Assembly: GCA_000934665.2 (NCBI GenBank)
Contig: JYFJ02005096.1
Coordinates: 1 to 62,350, forward strand
Origin: Catajapyx aquilonaris
Lineage: Eukaryota
Reading direction: 5' to 3'
Length of the DNA: 62,350 bases
Shown: piece by piece, positions 24,201 through 38,300 of the stretch
Position numbering within the stretch: position 1 is the first letter of the stretch
Layout of the letters: each line of letters begins with the position of its first letter
Program-made: the position numbers and the translations under genes
The notes under the pieces: generated by a model
The model's database searches: none
Told to the model about the DNA's origin: nothing
What the model saw: only the letters and a program-made list of their open reading frames with translations

Positions 24201-25653
24201 CGGCCTTGTTGGCAGCACCTCGTGTCCTGCAGGCGGTGGCCGCTGAGGACCTTCTCCGACCTCTGCGACCTCTTGCCAAATCCGTGAGCATCTGTGTTGT
24301 AATTGTTCCCTAATGGCCAGACTGAACATAATGATGCTTCCATCGATTAGACAGTAATAGACTACTACGAAGAGTATTATTGATGTAATATATTATTGCT
24401 AAATTATTGCAACGGAAGGCTTTATCAATTGACCTTTCCGCGTTATTGATCGGAGTTAATTCGGTGAAAGAGCTTCCATACATGCACAGCGGACGACAGC
24501 AGATTGTTCCATCTGTCGTCGTATAAATAATTCTCGGAATTCAGGGTTCATTTTTAGATTTTATAGGTCGGAATCATTTTTGAAGGTTAATACAATAGAG
24601 ACATTGCACTATCCACGGGTGCCTTCGTGATGCAAGGTCCAGAACTGGTTAACGGTACATGTTTCATACAACCCCAACATTATAAATCGTATTTTACAAG
24701 ATGTTTGCCTTGATTTTCTTCAGAGAGGCAGCAGCCAAGTTCCAGTGATGGCCCTGTGCTTGACGACAATGGTCGCTCTGTCCCTCATCCTCGTGGGCGG
24801 AGTGGCCGACCTGGCCCCGGTGGCCACCCTGGCCATGTTGCTAAGTCAGGCTGCATTACACCTGGCCTACTTCCTGCTGGCATCCGCTGAAAACGGCGAC
24901 GGTTTCCCCGACGACGACGACCTTCTGACCCCATCTATGGCCGCTGTATGTGTTCCCTGCCGCGAGTAAGGGCGTGCAAAAAATAAGCTAGTTTCCATCC
25001 ATCAGGCTGTAACGCCATCGTCCAGCAGCCTGCTCTCGTCCCCCGATGACCACTCCAGCATCCAGGACCCCTCTGAGATGCATGCTCTTCTGGCACCACC
25101 CACGACAGCAACTTCTTCCACCACAGCCAGCAGTTACGAACCGTGTCAGCACAAGCAGCGCTCCCACTGCACTTGGCGCCTCTGGAACCGATGGTTGGCT
25201 CTGTTGGCGGTACGCAGTCCAGTTGTGTCTCATTTTTGTGCAGGTAATAACCTGCTGTGTGGATTCCATTCCCAGGGTTTAGTGAAGGTGTCTCTTGCGA
25301 TGGTTGCGCAGTGGGTCTTGGCTCTGTCCCTGCTGCTGGGAGCAGTGGTGCTCTGGTTAGTTCTCCGTGCATTGGCACCAGCTTCACGTCCAGGTGCTGC
25401 AGCGTTGGCTCTGAAGCGCCGTCATCAGTTTTACCCTACATCGGCCAGCTCCAACAAGTCCTTATTGCGTTCTGCTGCGGCGGCCCTGCTGGGTCGAGCC
25501 AGTGACCCGCAGGGAGGCCACCACATTGACACGGTCCTGTTGACTTCGGCTCCCCCTGAGCCCCAAGTGGCGCCGCCTCAGGTGGTGACCAGGGAGAATC
25601 AAGACTTTGCTTCCAGGAAGCCCTTCCACCGTGCAGCGCTCGTTCAACACTGA
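21214..25653 (+). CDS. SLC12A8: SLC12A8-like cation-chloride cotransporter family member (divergent)
   Basis: Exons 21214-21369, 23113-23542, 23618-24082, 24150-24283, 24724-24945, 25006-25209, 25276-25653, all GT-AG and phase-consistent. Motifs ELF..PWW, WDG, GGAVYSLLSHSLG, NMAGVRRV, FPA..A.NLGADLRRP..DVPLG, GVYLSSLSS..APRVLQ and NRWLALLA match recalled SLC12A8. Confidence 0.85.
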
Positions 25654-26774
25654 AAAGTGATTGATTCGTACTAGGAATGTCATTTCTGCACTTTCCTACC
25701 TCCTTCTCTCAGAGACAAACACTGGTGGGCGGCAAAAGATGCACTCAATCTCAATCAAATGCAAACAACATACTGTAGCTTCAGATGGTTGGAGTCAAAA
25801 TAATGTATTGATATTTTTAGATAATGTGGAATTGCAGGATTTCTTCGTAGCGATGCGCTGCATATAAAACGGGTGGCTTCCAGTACCGATGCTCTATCGC
25901 TGGCATGTTCAAATTCATTGTCTTTCCTTACACTATGCTTTGCTAAGACTGTTTACCAATTATAATATGGTTGCTGGATGTTGAAAGTAATGATAGAGCA
26001 TATAATATATGGGGATAAAAATACAGCATGCGAGATACAGGGGACCAATTGTGTCTAAAATAATGTCCCGCAAAAAATGAAAATATGCATCAAGATAATA
26101 TATTTACGTCGACTGGTGTAGTCTACTGTATGTGTGATATCACTGATATGTATGAACAAGTACAGTAAGAATTAAAGTGAAGATGAAAGAGTAAAACTGA
26201 TGTGTAACCTTTCCTATAGCCTACCTAAATATTATTCCAGAATAGAACGATTTGGCAGATTGTAGATCAAAACTTTCCAGTGATTCACACAGAGTCAGCC
26301 AAACGGTGTACATGGCACAATATTTAGACCACTTCTTAGTCGCCAATAGACATTAGCACGTAGATTCATACTTTTTATTTTTTAGACGACTGATCACGTT
26401 TTCTACAAAATGTTCCTGAAACCGAATTGACCAACTTATTTCAATACGTATGGTAGTAGTACATACTTGATTTTCACCAATGTACTGTACCTTGTTTGTT
26501 GACCCACTAATATTCCTACATTCTCATTAAAGATCTGATAAATTACTTGTACTGTACATATCCAGCAGGTAGGCCCTACTTCAATGTCTCTATACTGATA
26601 ATGTATAGGGTCAATAAATCATTATTGATTAAACTGATTAACTGTGATTGAACCATAAATTAACATTAAGAAATATACTGTACAAGAACCTTCACCTCTC
26701 TTCAGGCACTGAGTCTTATCATAACAGTAACACATGTGAGAGAATACCTTGCAGCTAGTGCAGCTAGTTGCACA

Positions 26775-29700
26775 TCAGTCATTGGCCTGGTTTTGCTCCT
26801 CCATTACCGAAAGTATCCAGGGAACAAAATTTGGCACGTTGGCGTATATCCCCGGAAGACGCGGATGGGCACACTTGACCCCCCAACTGACAACGCCCAC
26901 GACGGCCCAGGCTCCCCTCAGGGGACAAACTAGCGGTCCTCCAGAGTCACCTTGGCAAGCATCGCGTCCTCCCAAGGGCAGCCCAGCACACAACATACCC
27001 TCTGTCACCTGGAGGTCCATGGCCGACAGCCACTGGTTGCAGGTAGACCGAGACACAATCGGAAGTCGAGCAGCACGTACCGCTCTCTCGTACGGGGCCT
27101 CTGAAAGGTACATACTCGTTGTACAGTACTATACCCGACCATCGTACACATGTAGCAATACCTTCGCTGTCTTCCCTCTTCCCCCATCCCAATACGGTGC
27201 ACACGGTTCCAGCCGCCAGTTGCAGGTTAGCTGGAGGCAGGCAAACGGGCCTCAACATTTCTTGGAAGGTAACTGGAGAAGACAGCTGGAAAAGCGCCAC
27301 GTCGTTGTCATTGGAGTGGCCCACATTGTACAGAGGATGTGGTACGACTCGAGCTATGCGCGACGTCAGTCCAGAAAATGGGCGACGGGAGAGACCCAGC
27401 TGGATGGTCCAACCAGACGCGTCTGTCTGACTGGAAGAAAGCATTCAGGTGCTGTCAAAATGAATTTATTTTACGTACGAGCGTATGTAGAAAGAGATAT
27501 GGCAGTGCAAATAATGGACAGCTCCAAATAGTGCCTTTTTTCATTTATTCAGCAGGCGCCTTGCAAGCATGCTACTCGGTGAACGAGAGAGGCTCATGGT
27601 TGGCCGATACGCAAGGATGAAGCCAAGGCCATTCAACTCTCACAGTCATAGTCAGTCGGAGAGTGCAATCTCGGGCACGATGCTGTGCTTCAACCCGCTG
27701 TCCATTTTTTGGTGCCACAGATCAACCACAATATAAGTAACAGTAAGGAGAACCCACTTTCCAACGCAGTGTGCGGCCGTAAGGACCCACTGAGAAGACA
27801 CCAGGGCAGCCCCGCAGTAAAAGACTTGTGCCGGACCGCCTAGAAGCGCCGCCACGAAGGGCCACTCACCTGGAGGTGCTTCTCCTCCCCCAACCACACG
27901 CAACGACGCTCCAGACGCCCACCGAGGTCCTCGACGACCGCATTCTGCAATGGGACAGGTTCCATTCTCATAACATCTCTCCCCATACTGTCACTTAATA
28001 GCCATGGTATACACTTGCCGTAATCGGAGCAGTTGAGTGTGATTGGAAAGGAAGCGGCAGGAGAATTACGTCGACTTGCATGATGGACTAAATAAGTAGA
28101 GCTGTCGTCTGGACATGGACGCAACAGCTCTCGTAAGAGTTGGAGGAACGAACTGGTTTGGCGGTGGTGGCGTCGCGTATATTCGGCGGACGGTGATACT
28201 GGAGGGGGAAGCAACGAGGGTGGCTCGGCAGAAGAGAAGGACAGCGGCTGCCATCCGGAAGACGATTTGTAGCCCAGCAGCCGGCAAAGACGTGACGCCG
28301 ATTGATGAGATAAATCCCTGCGAGATATGCAGGCAGGACGCCAGTGACGCTTGGACGAATCGAACACCTGCACTTGGCCTCTGCCTTCTTCTTGCATTAC
28401 TTCGCTAAGACGCACTGAAATAATACATGTTGCCCGCATCAGTATTGTATACTATTGTATATGTAGCTCGAGTGAAGAGCCGGACATACCGCAGTTTCGT
28501 TCGTCCTGGCCTCGCGAGCAGTGGACGTGCCCGTCACAAAGCTGGTGTTGTGACAGGCAGCGACGCCTTCCACAATGTAATGTTCCTTCAGGGCAACCAT
28601 TGCAGTGTGTTTCATCGCTTTGATCCAGGCAGTCCACGTGCCCGTCACATCTCCATTCTGCAGGTACGCAGCGACGACCTCCATCGCACCACATCCCACT
28701 GCAGGCTGAATATAGTGAATTGCACATTATGTAAACGTGTTCATGAGGCTAAGGGAATGTAAATGAGCCGTACAGGGCGCTAAGGAATCCGCAGTCTCCT
28801 GCATAAACTCGGGCTCTCCAACGCAGGCGTCTGGATTCATGCGACCGTCTGGCAGAAGTTCGCAACTCAGCAACGGAGGAAGGGACAGCCCAAACACAGC
28901 CAGAAAGAAGCCGCACCTTCTCAGCGTCTCTGTAGGAATAAATCATTATTGAAACATATTTTTGTACCTACCAGCGACCGAGCGACGACACTCACCTCGG
29001 CACAGCGCTCGACACGGTGGCACAGGAGTTCCAGTGCTTCCTCCACACCGCGGAACAAGAAGAGCGCAAAGAAATAGCCTGGTCAGAGCATAACATCGGA
29101 CATTCACCAACACTTCCAACACCTCCAGTTCCTGCATCGAGACATAAACTCACTGTCAGTGAAATCAGCTACATACTATCAGTATACGGTGTATATATAC
29201 ACGTACGTGTTCAGCTTCTGGCTGCGTCAAGTGACCCACGAAGTTGGGAAATGCGGTGAAGTTGTAGGGAGATCTGAAAATACAGTTGTTATAACCACCA
29301 GTTCTGATTATAGTGCAGTGTAACGATTCTCACTTACCTGGGAAAGATGCACTGTCTGGCCACGACAGCGACGCAGACTCCGGGAGCAGGGTTGTCACCC
29401 CAGGAAGGAACTGGAAGAACGGGATTATCAGTCGTGGCACCAGAGCCATCTTGGTGCTGATGCTGGCTCCGAGAAGTCAGCAGGAAGAGAAGCAGACCGG
29501 CGCCAAGTATTATCAACGCAAAGACGTTAATAACTAGTTGCAGAATACGAAGTCGGCATTGGTGCTGATGCTGTTCAGGGGCAGCCGCCAGAAGAGGAGG
29601 CAAAGCTGCCGGTGCTGTCAGAGTTGTGGTGGCCGCGGTTGTGGTGTTGACAGCAGCAGCTGTGATTCCAGGCAAGAAGATGAATGCGGCCGGGGAAGAT

Positions 29701-30044
29701 CTGCTTCTCTTAGGTCGAGACTCTTTGACGTCGTGGTGGAGGACCAGAAGCAGGGCGCCAGCATGGCCAGGGGTTGGGGCGGAGGTGGGACCTTGCGCCA
29801 GCCCCGACGCCGGTGACGTCACGCAGCTACCCGTGCCGCTGTCCACTGACGCAGTAGATGCATCTTCCAGTCTGGCGTCAAACAATCCGTTATATCATAC
29901 ACTTGACTTTATGCCAATGCCTCACGTTGCTACTCACCTGAAGGGAGGCCCTGGAGACAGCACGTTCACAAAATCCAAACTTCTACTCGATAGTGGCGGT
30001 CGGACATGCTTTGCGAGAGGTGCCTCATCATCTATGTGCATCAT
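26775..30044 (-). CDS. Corin: Corin-like type II transmembrane serine protease (TM, Frizzled CRD, 2 LDLa, SRCR, trypsin domain)
   Basis: Exons 30044-29938, 29871-29338, 29273-29207, 29131-28996, 28929-28774, 28705-28490, 28414-28019, 27944-27758, 27430-27162, 27100-26775. Motifs: [12 protein letters not shown] (FZ), [13 protein letters not shown] (LDLa), R|VVGG activation site, TAAHC/DNDVAL/GDSGGP triad, S1 Asp in DACQ. Confidence 0.9.
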
Positions 30045-32338
30045 TTTTCCATGTCCTTCCGTATGCTGACAATGTCCTTGTTATCACCAGCGAGAACGAC
30101 CGGAACTTTTAGACGGATTTATAGCTCCCATTTCTGCGAAATGTTAATTTGTCTTATTCTACTGCGGGTATAACGAATGTTAAAATTAGTTTTTTAAGGA
30201 GTTCCGTAAAAATGGTTTAGTAATAAAAGACACCTCATGCTTAAAAATAAAGACTTTGCATTTATTTTTCTGCCTTATACACCCATTTTTTCAAGACCCA
30301 CATTTTGCAGCATTCAAAAAAAAAAAATCGTATAGGCCTACTCTTTGAACAGATCCTTATTTCCCCCACTCATTACTAATAATATATGGTGAGAGATATA
30401 ATTTGCACCATTATATACTTATTCGGAATTTCCATTATAGGCCTACTGCAGATTTTTGATGTACGATAATAATAATAACACTCGAAATTAACTATTTTCG
30501 TATAAAACAAATATGGTCCATATTACCAGCTCTATACTTCACAATGCTTACTCCTCCTAATACGTAGATAGTCTCCTTTCGCTAAGACACATAGGCGGGC
30601 ATATTATAATACTCAACTACCTGACCCACATGACCTCTGCACACTGTTATTTTGATAAGCCGAGTCTAGATGTTATATGACACCCGACAGGCAATATACG
30701 CCCGGCATGCCCCAGAGAAGCCCGCATTTCAAATAAATGAGTAGGCCTACATGCATTAATGGCGGGATATTTTAAAAAGGTCGCACCTGAGCAGCAACAG
30801 TATCCCAACTGACCTGGTATCCGCAGAGGTGGCATTTTCCATCCCATCTGCTCGCGTTGATGCTGGACCACAAGGCACGGGAAGACGAGGTTGCCGTGAC
30901 GACGACAACGACGATACGCATAATAGGTCGAACCCCCCCTCTATTCCACCCCCGAACCGCCGCCGCCTCTACCCAGCCTCCCTCCCTCCCTCCGAAAACC
31001 CTGGTCTCTGTGGACCTCCCCCTGCACCTCTCGCAGCTTCCATCCGGAACCCCGTGAGTTGCCCCATCTGCTGCTCTCTCTCAGGTCCGGGCGCATGCTC
31101 CGACCCTGCATGCACTGGATGTGGGCCTGTCTTCAAAACTTCCCTCCCGGCCAACAGGCCATCGATCGACCCCGTTTTCGCCCCACGTGCGTCTCTCGAA
31201 ACCCGCCCCTTACACAGACAGGGGCACACGATGGATGGTTGCAGTATACAACATGGGATGACAACGAAAACGGGTGCGACTCCGCACACTTTTATTGGTA
31301 ATTTATTACAGTAATTTTCTTCGGTGGTATTGCTTGGCGGGTGGATTATTTATTGCCAGACTGGGTTTTTTTAAACTGGAGAAGGATTTAAATACTCTAC
31401 TGTACAAGGCGAGAGATGGGGATAAGGAGACAAATGCAAAAATGCCAGGAATGTGCGTGGGGAGTTTTAAATGCACCAAGGTGATGTCATCCTATATCTT
31501 TGGCTAGTGCCGAAAGAGGACTACATCGGAGCACCAGGGTTACACAACCAGCGGGACAGCATCACTGTCACCAGGGGGAGGTACTGAGTCAGTCATTTGG
31601 AGCTTGGTTGCAGCATCAATTTGTGTGAAATACTTTCGGAACCCTCTTGGGGACAGCCGGTTGGAACAGTTTGCCATAAACAATGTTGGTAGATGCAACA
31701 TTATCTAACTCACTGAACAATCCTGTTATGGCTCAGCTTGTAACACACTGATCAAACCAGCCACACAGGAGTTCATGCAGTAGACTTCCTCTGACAACAG
31801 CTTATGCTGTACCACTGTCGGCAACTCAGAAGAGTTTAGGAAAAGTGCATTGTGACGGGAAACAGCAATCCTGTACAAAGACGAATCTCATTTGGCAAAT
31901 GCTCTTTTTCAGGGAGGGGGAAGCACCTGCATACCTACTCCATCCATTCAAATGGAAACAAAAATCCAGACAAGAGAATTCGAGGTGACATTATTGCCAA
32001 AGCATGCCATCCATAGGCGGCAGAAGATATTTCTGCTCCACGTTGGGGGTAGACATGGTTTATGTCCAATTCTTTATCATTCATGTTTACAGTAGCACCA
32101 TGCTTTCATGACATTCTCATAATACTTTTCTCATGGGGATAAAAATACTACAGGGTGAGCCACATTAAATTGGAATAAAAAATAAGCACTGGGGTATTTC
32201 TGTCGCCTATGGCACATACCATACATATCTTTCTGCTTCATTTGAAAAAAGATGGTGTCAGAAGAGCGGAGGATATAGACGCACAAATCTGTGAGTCAGG
32301 GGACAGCTGGCTTCAGTTTTGCCCCAAAGGGCAGGGAG

Positions 32339-35300
32339 TCAGTGAGCCCGACGATGTGCTGCCAGTGTCTGCAAGGCAGGGCTGGAGCTGAGAAAGGCTG
32401 GATCCACGCATGCGACTTTGGCTGTCAGGAATGCATGCATGCACAGTAGTAGAGACTGCAGTGAAGAGCATTCCAGCTCCTGGAAAGACACCAGTTGCAT
32501 AGTTCCTTCAATCTCCTGCTTACCTGCTGCCACACTTTCTATGGCCTGTTAGTTTTAATAGTGCAATGAAAATGAAAAGATGTCGCAAAGCGAATGCAAC
32601 ACTCTTCAAAGTGATATCACATGTCAACAGTGCCAACCATCCTGGATGGCCACGTTGGCATTCAAGAAACATGAGAGCAGCCCTACTGTGGCCTTGCCAG
32701 GTGCAAGAACTAAGCAGAGGAATATTATGGATCCAATATCTTGAAAGACATGCTATAGGATGCATACATAAGCTTTGATATTGCAATAACTTCTGGAGTA
32801 CAGTAACACAATAGAAACTAAACACATTTTCACATTTTTAGGAATATGGTGCTGAGTTTGAACAGGACATAATTATTCATGAAAACCTGGGGTCATGGGT
32901 GATAGAAGGCCACGTGTTCGTTAATCAAGTTCCCTCTCCAAATTTAATCAAGCCTGACACAAATTGTAATTACATTCTTCAGTTGGACGACCTAAAATCT
33001 TGAACTATCATGATCAATTTCCTTGATAATAATAACAAGGTATATTTATCAGCATGCTACCCATTGATAGGTGCTGCCTGAATTAGCAGTGCGATATGAA
33101 AATTTAACCACAGCATCAGAATCAGTTTCTCACACCAATTTTTCCAGGCAAAACCAGATTTGGAAATCCTACTATGGTCAACCTAAATTCTCAGCAATAG
33201 TTAATAATAATTAGAACCATTGAAATATTTAATTTTCAAGTCTCCTGTCTTCAGCCACCTGACCCCAAACTTGACAAATTTGGAAGAATTTAGCTTATTC
33301 GAGGGGCTTTCAGAAAGTCTTTACATTTTATTTTTTTGCCACAAATACAGGGCCCATGCAGGTCAGCAGATAGGCACACATGATCAATAGTAAGATCCCT
33401 CCTGGAGCAGAATGCACTCTAGCACCACGAGTGTATCAACCTCTCCAGGCCCACCAGGAACCACTTTTTGGAGGTTCGGCACACCCACCCCTGAACAACT
33501 GCTTCCTGTTCAACAATGTCCTCGAAATGGCATTGGCTAAGGGGTTTTTTTATGGCTCTGAACAGGTGTCAGGTGAAAGTCATGGGAGGCTCAGGGGGGA
33601 ATAGTGCGGGTGTGGAGACACCAAAAGCCAGATCAATGAAACAAACCCTTCGTCGAAGCCATTTTCCCAGGACATTGTTGACAGTTGTTGACTATAAGCA
33701 GTTGTCTGGGAGAACCTCCAAAAAGTGGTTCCAGGAGGGTTCTATCGATAATGTGTGCCTGTCTGCCAACCTGCATGGGCCCTGTATTTGTGGCAAAAAA
33801 ATAAAGTGTCAAGACTTTCCAAATGCCCCTCATAATAGAAAGAAATGGTGGGTCTACATGATCTCAGCTTCCCAAAAGAAACAAAATCAAAAGAACACAA
33901 TCTCATCATCACAAAAGCAATATATTCAATCAAACTAGCTGCTTTTTCGCATCTTCACAAGCAGTGCATGAGTACCACCTACATATCTTACAAGGACTAA
34001 CCCTTATGTCCATCTTCCGTGTATCAGGGTCTTGGAAGTGCAGGCGCAAACGGCACTTCCCATCATCTGATGACCCCTTCAGCTGTGAGAACTTGTACTT
34101 CCAGGAGTATTCCTTGGCCTGCGTATCATATAACCCAAACCCCATGCCCAAATCTAGAGTGAGCCCGGCTGTGCGACCCTCACTGGTCACAGAGAAGGTC
34201 TTGCTTCCAAGGCGGTGGACAGCAGTGCAGACTGCCCTATGCCATGCACCTTCCAGACGTAGTAGCTCCTGGCGCGTCTCCACAGAGAGGTAGTGAGAGC
34301 AAGGCTGGTTGGGGTCTGGTGCAGCTGGGTTCGTAGAAGGTGGGGGTGAAGGAGGAGGGGGAGGAGGAGGAGGAGAAACTGACGGGGATGAATGAGAAGG
34401 AGATGGAGGTCCTGGGGAGAGAGATGGAGGATTCCCATGAATAGAACCCTTTGGAGTGAGAGTGCCCGATTGTGGGGGGTTTTGTGGCTGTCCCTGCAGG
34501 GTCTGCAGCAGAAAGCAGTGCTGGCGCTCATCCACATTTTCTGAAGCCTTGAGCACACGCAATAAGCTCTGGTGGAGGCGGAACACACGTGGACAAGCAT
34601 CCCAGTCCTCAGGACAGCGAGGAGCCCCCTTTTCAAACAGGTACACATCTGAACCCCGCAAGGCCAGGAAGCGGGGCTGCCACGTCTGCCAAGGTTGACC
34701 TCCACTAAGGAGGCCTTCGCTCACCCATCCCATGTATGAGATACGCTCCCGAGATGATAGGCCACGGTTGTGAAGAGTCATCTGTAACAAAGCATATTAT
34801 CTGTTGGGGCATCATTTGCAGGTAAATTTTTACACATAACAATGCCTGCACTAAACTTCTCCATGATATGCAGCAATTCCATGCACAATCAAAACTGTAA
34901 CCATTATTGATAACCACTCATAAGACAGGAACAATGCTCTGAAGAGTTCATTCCCTTATTTGATGAGCTTGTGCATTTCTCCAAGTGGATGGGAAATTGG
35001 GGACCAACACGTGGGAGTCCAAACCTCCCATTCCACCCAGTTACCCACACACTGAGAAATTGTGCAAGGTGATGAAGAAAGTAGGGCTAAATGCACTCTA
35101 GCTCAAACATGTTAGTCAACAAGTACAGACTAAGCATGCATCAGGGCACTATCAGAGATGTGGGTATTGGGTGCATTTTTATCTAAGCATCTCGCAAATG
35201 TGTAGGTGTATAATATTCATACACCATGTGTTTTAGAACATCTAGTTCACATCTGAATTTGTGAAATTTCACAGATGCTTGCCCCAGTTCACTGTCAGGT

Positions 35301-38300
35301 TTGGTTTGGTTTCAAGATTGCATGCCAAGAACCCTCTTGTTGATATACAGTATAGAAGAAGTCTCCAGAGCACCAAGTGATACAGATATTGTATCACATT
35401 GTACCACTCATTGTATTTTATCTAATGCATCTAGTACTCTATGGACATCAACTCTATGTCATCATAAAGGAGTGGATAAGCACACAACAAAAGATCCTCA
35501 TGAAATACCCTAGTTTTTCCAATACCCGTCTCAGATACGCCAATCAATTGTTATCCCACAAAATTCCCAGCCTTACTTTTAAAAAAAGGTTTACCACTTT
35601 GCCACCCCTTACTGGGTATTGGGGGGGAGGGGGGGGGGCACGACTCATCTGCACCCAATGATACCGAAGTAGTCCAGGATAATACTGGAACCTTTTGACG
35701 AAGCACCCGGGCCCAAGGGCAGGGTGACTGGGAGGTAATGTACAAGTGCAATGTCTATAACGTGGTACATTTTGTGAACTCCCCCGGGTGGATTAGTCTA
35801 TAGGAGATTCCACCCAAGATGAAGCCAGAGATGACCTAACTATGCATGCGATGAAGGGGGGAACCCCGGGCTGGGATCGAACCTGGGACCTAAACATCCG
35901 TGGGCGCATACGTTACCGCAGCGCCACTCTGTCTCCCCCCAGCCATATTAGTAAGTATAAAGGCTGCCTAGTTATTTGTTAATTATATCACATATTAACA
36001 AAATATTTTGGTTAAAATGTCCCACTTGACAAAGCCTGGTTAAAGATGACCAACACAATGCTTCATCTTGTTATGAATCAGTGTTACATATTTAAAATGG
36101 TTCTCATGTGAACATGAGGTCACATTGGAGTTTTTTGATGTCTTTGTCACGGAATAAACCCTTTTTGGGTGTGATTTTGTACTAAAAGAACCTGTAAGAC
36201 TTAGTATTTGTTATGGCAGTGTATTACAATCAATCACACACTGATTAAGTTATGAGCACAATACAAGCAACATATGAACACTTCAATTTTCTGATAGTAA
36301 CGTTACAGCAAACTTTCGATATGTGACATACATCACCTGGTTCCACGAAAAACCACAAGGAAAAGAATCCTCATGACATGTCTACACCAACCAGCAGAAG
36401 GTTGCCCATGCTCTTTTCAGGAAGAAGAATACAGTATGTTGCCTCAGCTCCTAACAGACATGGAAGTACAAAACAACAAGTCACCTGCAGATTGGTGAGT
36501 CCAACGATGTTGTCAGTAATGTGCTTCATCCACTGTGACAGGGATGCTGCATCATCACAGTGGATGATCCCAGTACTAGTCCCATTGACGCCTCTGACTT
36601 CGAATGCATTGGGACGCAGCTTGTCTGTCCCATACATGTAACGTGTAAAGTATGCCAGCATCAATGGCACTGCCACAATGTCCACCCATCGCTTGTCCAT
36701 GGAACAAGGGGTGACTGAGCCTGATGAGTTGCTGAGTGACGGATCACTGCCAGGTAGGCACTCATTGGAGGATGAGTGGCTGCAGCGTGGAGCTAAACGC
36801 TCGTTGTCTAGCTGCTGCTGCTGCTGAGATTGGTGATGGTGATGGTGATGGTGTTCAACAGCTATAGCGGTTGTTGGGGAGCGCCAGCCATCCTCAGGAC
36901 GTAGTTGTGCAGTAGCTGGGGAGTTGTTCAGCTGGCGGTCTTCCCGGTCTGCTGCTAGAATGGAGGTTATCATCGGCACCCTAGAAATAATTCATCTATA
37001 CAAGAGGACTCACGGCTTCGCTGCAAGAAAGGTGTGGCTGCTCGGTAGTGCTTGACTGTGAGCTGTACTTCATTTCCAGCAGATCTCAGTACTTGCACTG
37101 CCTCATCATGAGTTGTATTAGTCATCATGATCCCATTAACTGAAAGCAAATCCCGCATTCAAAGGTAATGATCCAATGTGTTACTCCAATCCTAGGCAGA
37201 CAACTGACTTCCTCACCTCTGAGAACAGCATCTCCAACAAAGAGACGCCCGGTTTGATCAGCTGCTTGCCCCTTTACGATACGTGAGATGAGTATAGGCA
37301 GACGATGTTCAGCTCCTCCCTTGATGCTGAACCCAAGCCCACCTGCCCTCTGGCGCACAACCACCACCTCCCGGATCCCAGAATCTACAGGCGCATCTCC
37401 GTCTTCCTCCTCCTCCACTTCAATTCCTCCGGGAGAGATGGAAGGCCGAGCACTTACAGTTTGGTGCTCTTCTTCGCGCTCTCGTTGAAGTACTAGGGTG
37501 TCCTGACTCAATCTTAGGCGCACTGGCCTGGGTCTGGACTTTCCATCACTAACCATAACCATGCCATAGCGAACCTGTAAAAGGGCAATGGATTCTTAAG
37601 AACTTTAACCAAAGCCCTAAATCAGGGGGCAGGATGCAAGTCTGTGATGCAAAGGAGGCTTCCTTGTGACTCCTAAATGCACAATAAGTTTTATAGAAAG
37701 TACAGGCTCCTACCATTTATATATATGTTTATTGTTAAGTATATCCCCGTGAAGATGTACCCTAGTATACACAAGAAAACAGTGAGAACCAAATATGCAA
37801 ATGTCAAGTTGCATGGTTTTGTTTGGCTTGGCATTGCATCTAGATCACTTAGTTTTGCAGCTTTTCAAGTAATTTAATTCACTATTAAACAATATGATTC
37901 AAAGCAGTAGCCTAACATTTTTTACATTACAAACAATTATGGTGGAAAGTGCTTCCCATATGTTGGAGGAGGCTACGTGCATGCCTAGCAAGTCCTACCT
38001 TCTCCCTCCTTTCTGGGCGGCCTTCCATGGCCTCAGATGCCCCTGGAGCCACCTCTGCCACTTTCAAATGAGTCCACCACGTTGCAATCAATCCTGCATT
38101 CTCCTCTCAGGATGTCAGGGAGGTGGAAATATAACCTGTCCACCTAATCAATATTTTCATCAATTTATTAGGTATTGATCAGGTAAATGTAATGAGCTGG
38201 AAATTGAAACCAAGAAGCATTAAAGGTGTATTAGTATCACATGCTTTTAAGTGCATGTGGTGTGTTCATCACTTTTTATGCAAAATGACATCAGCTTTTG

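Noticed and set aside
26749..27531. 260-aa plus-strand ORF
   Set aside because: Antisense shadow of the Corin protease exons, with no recognisable domain.
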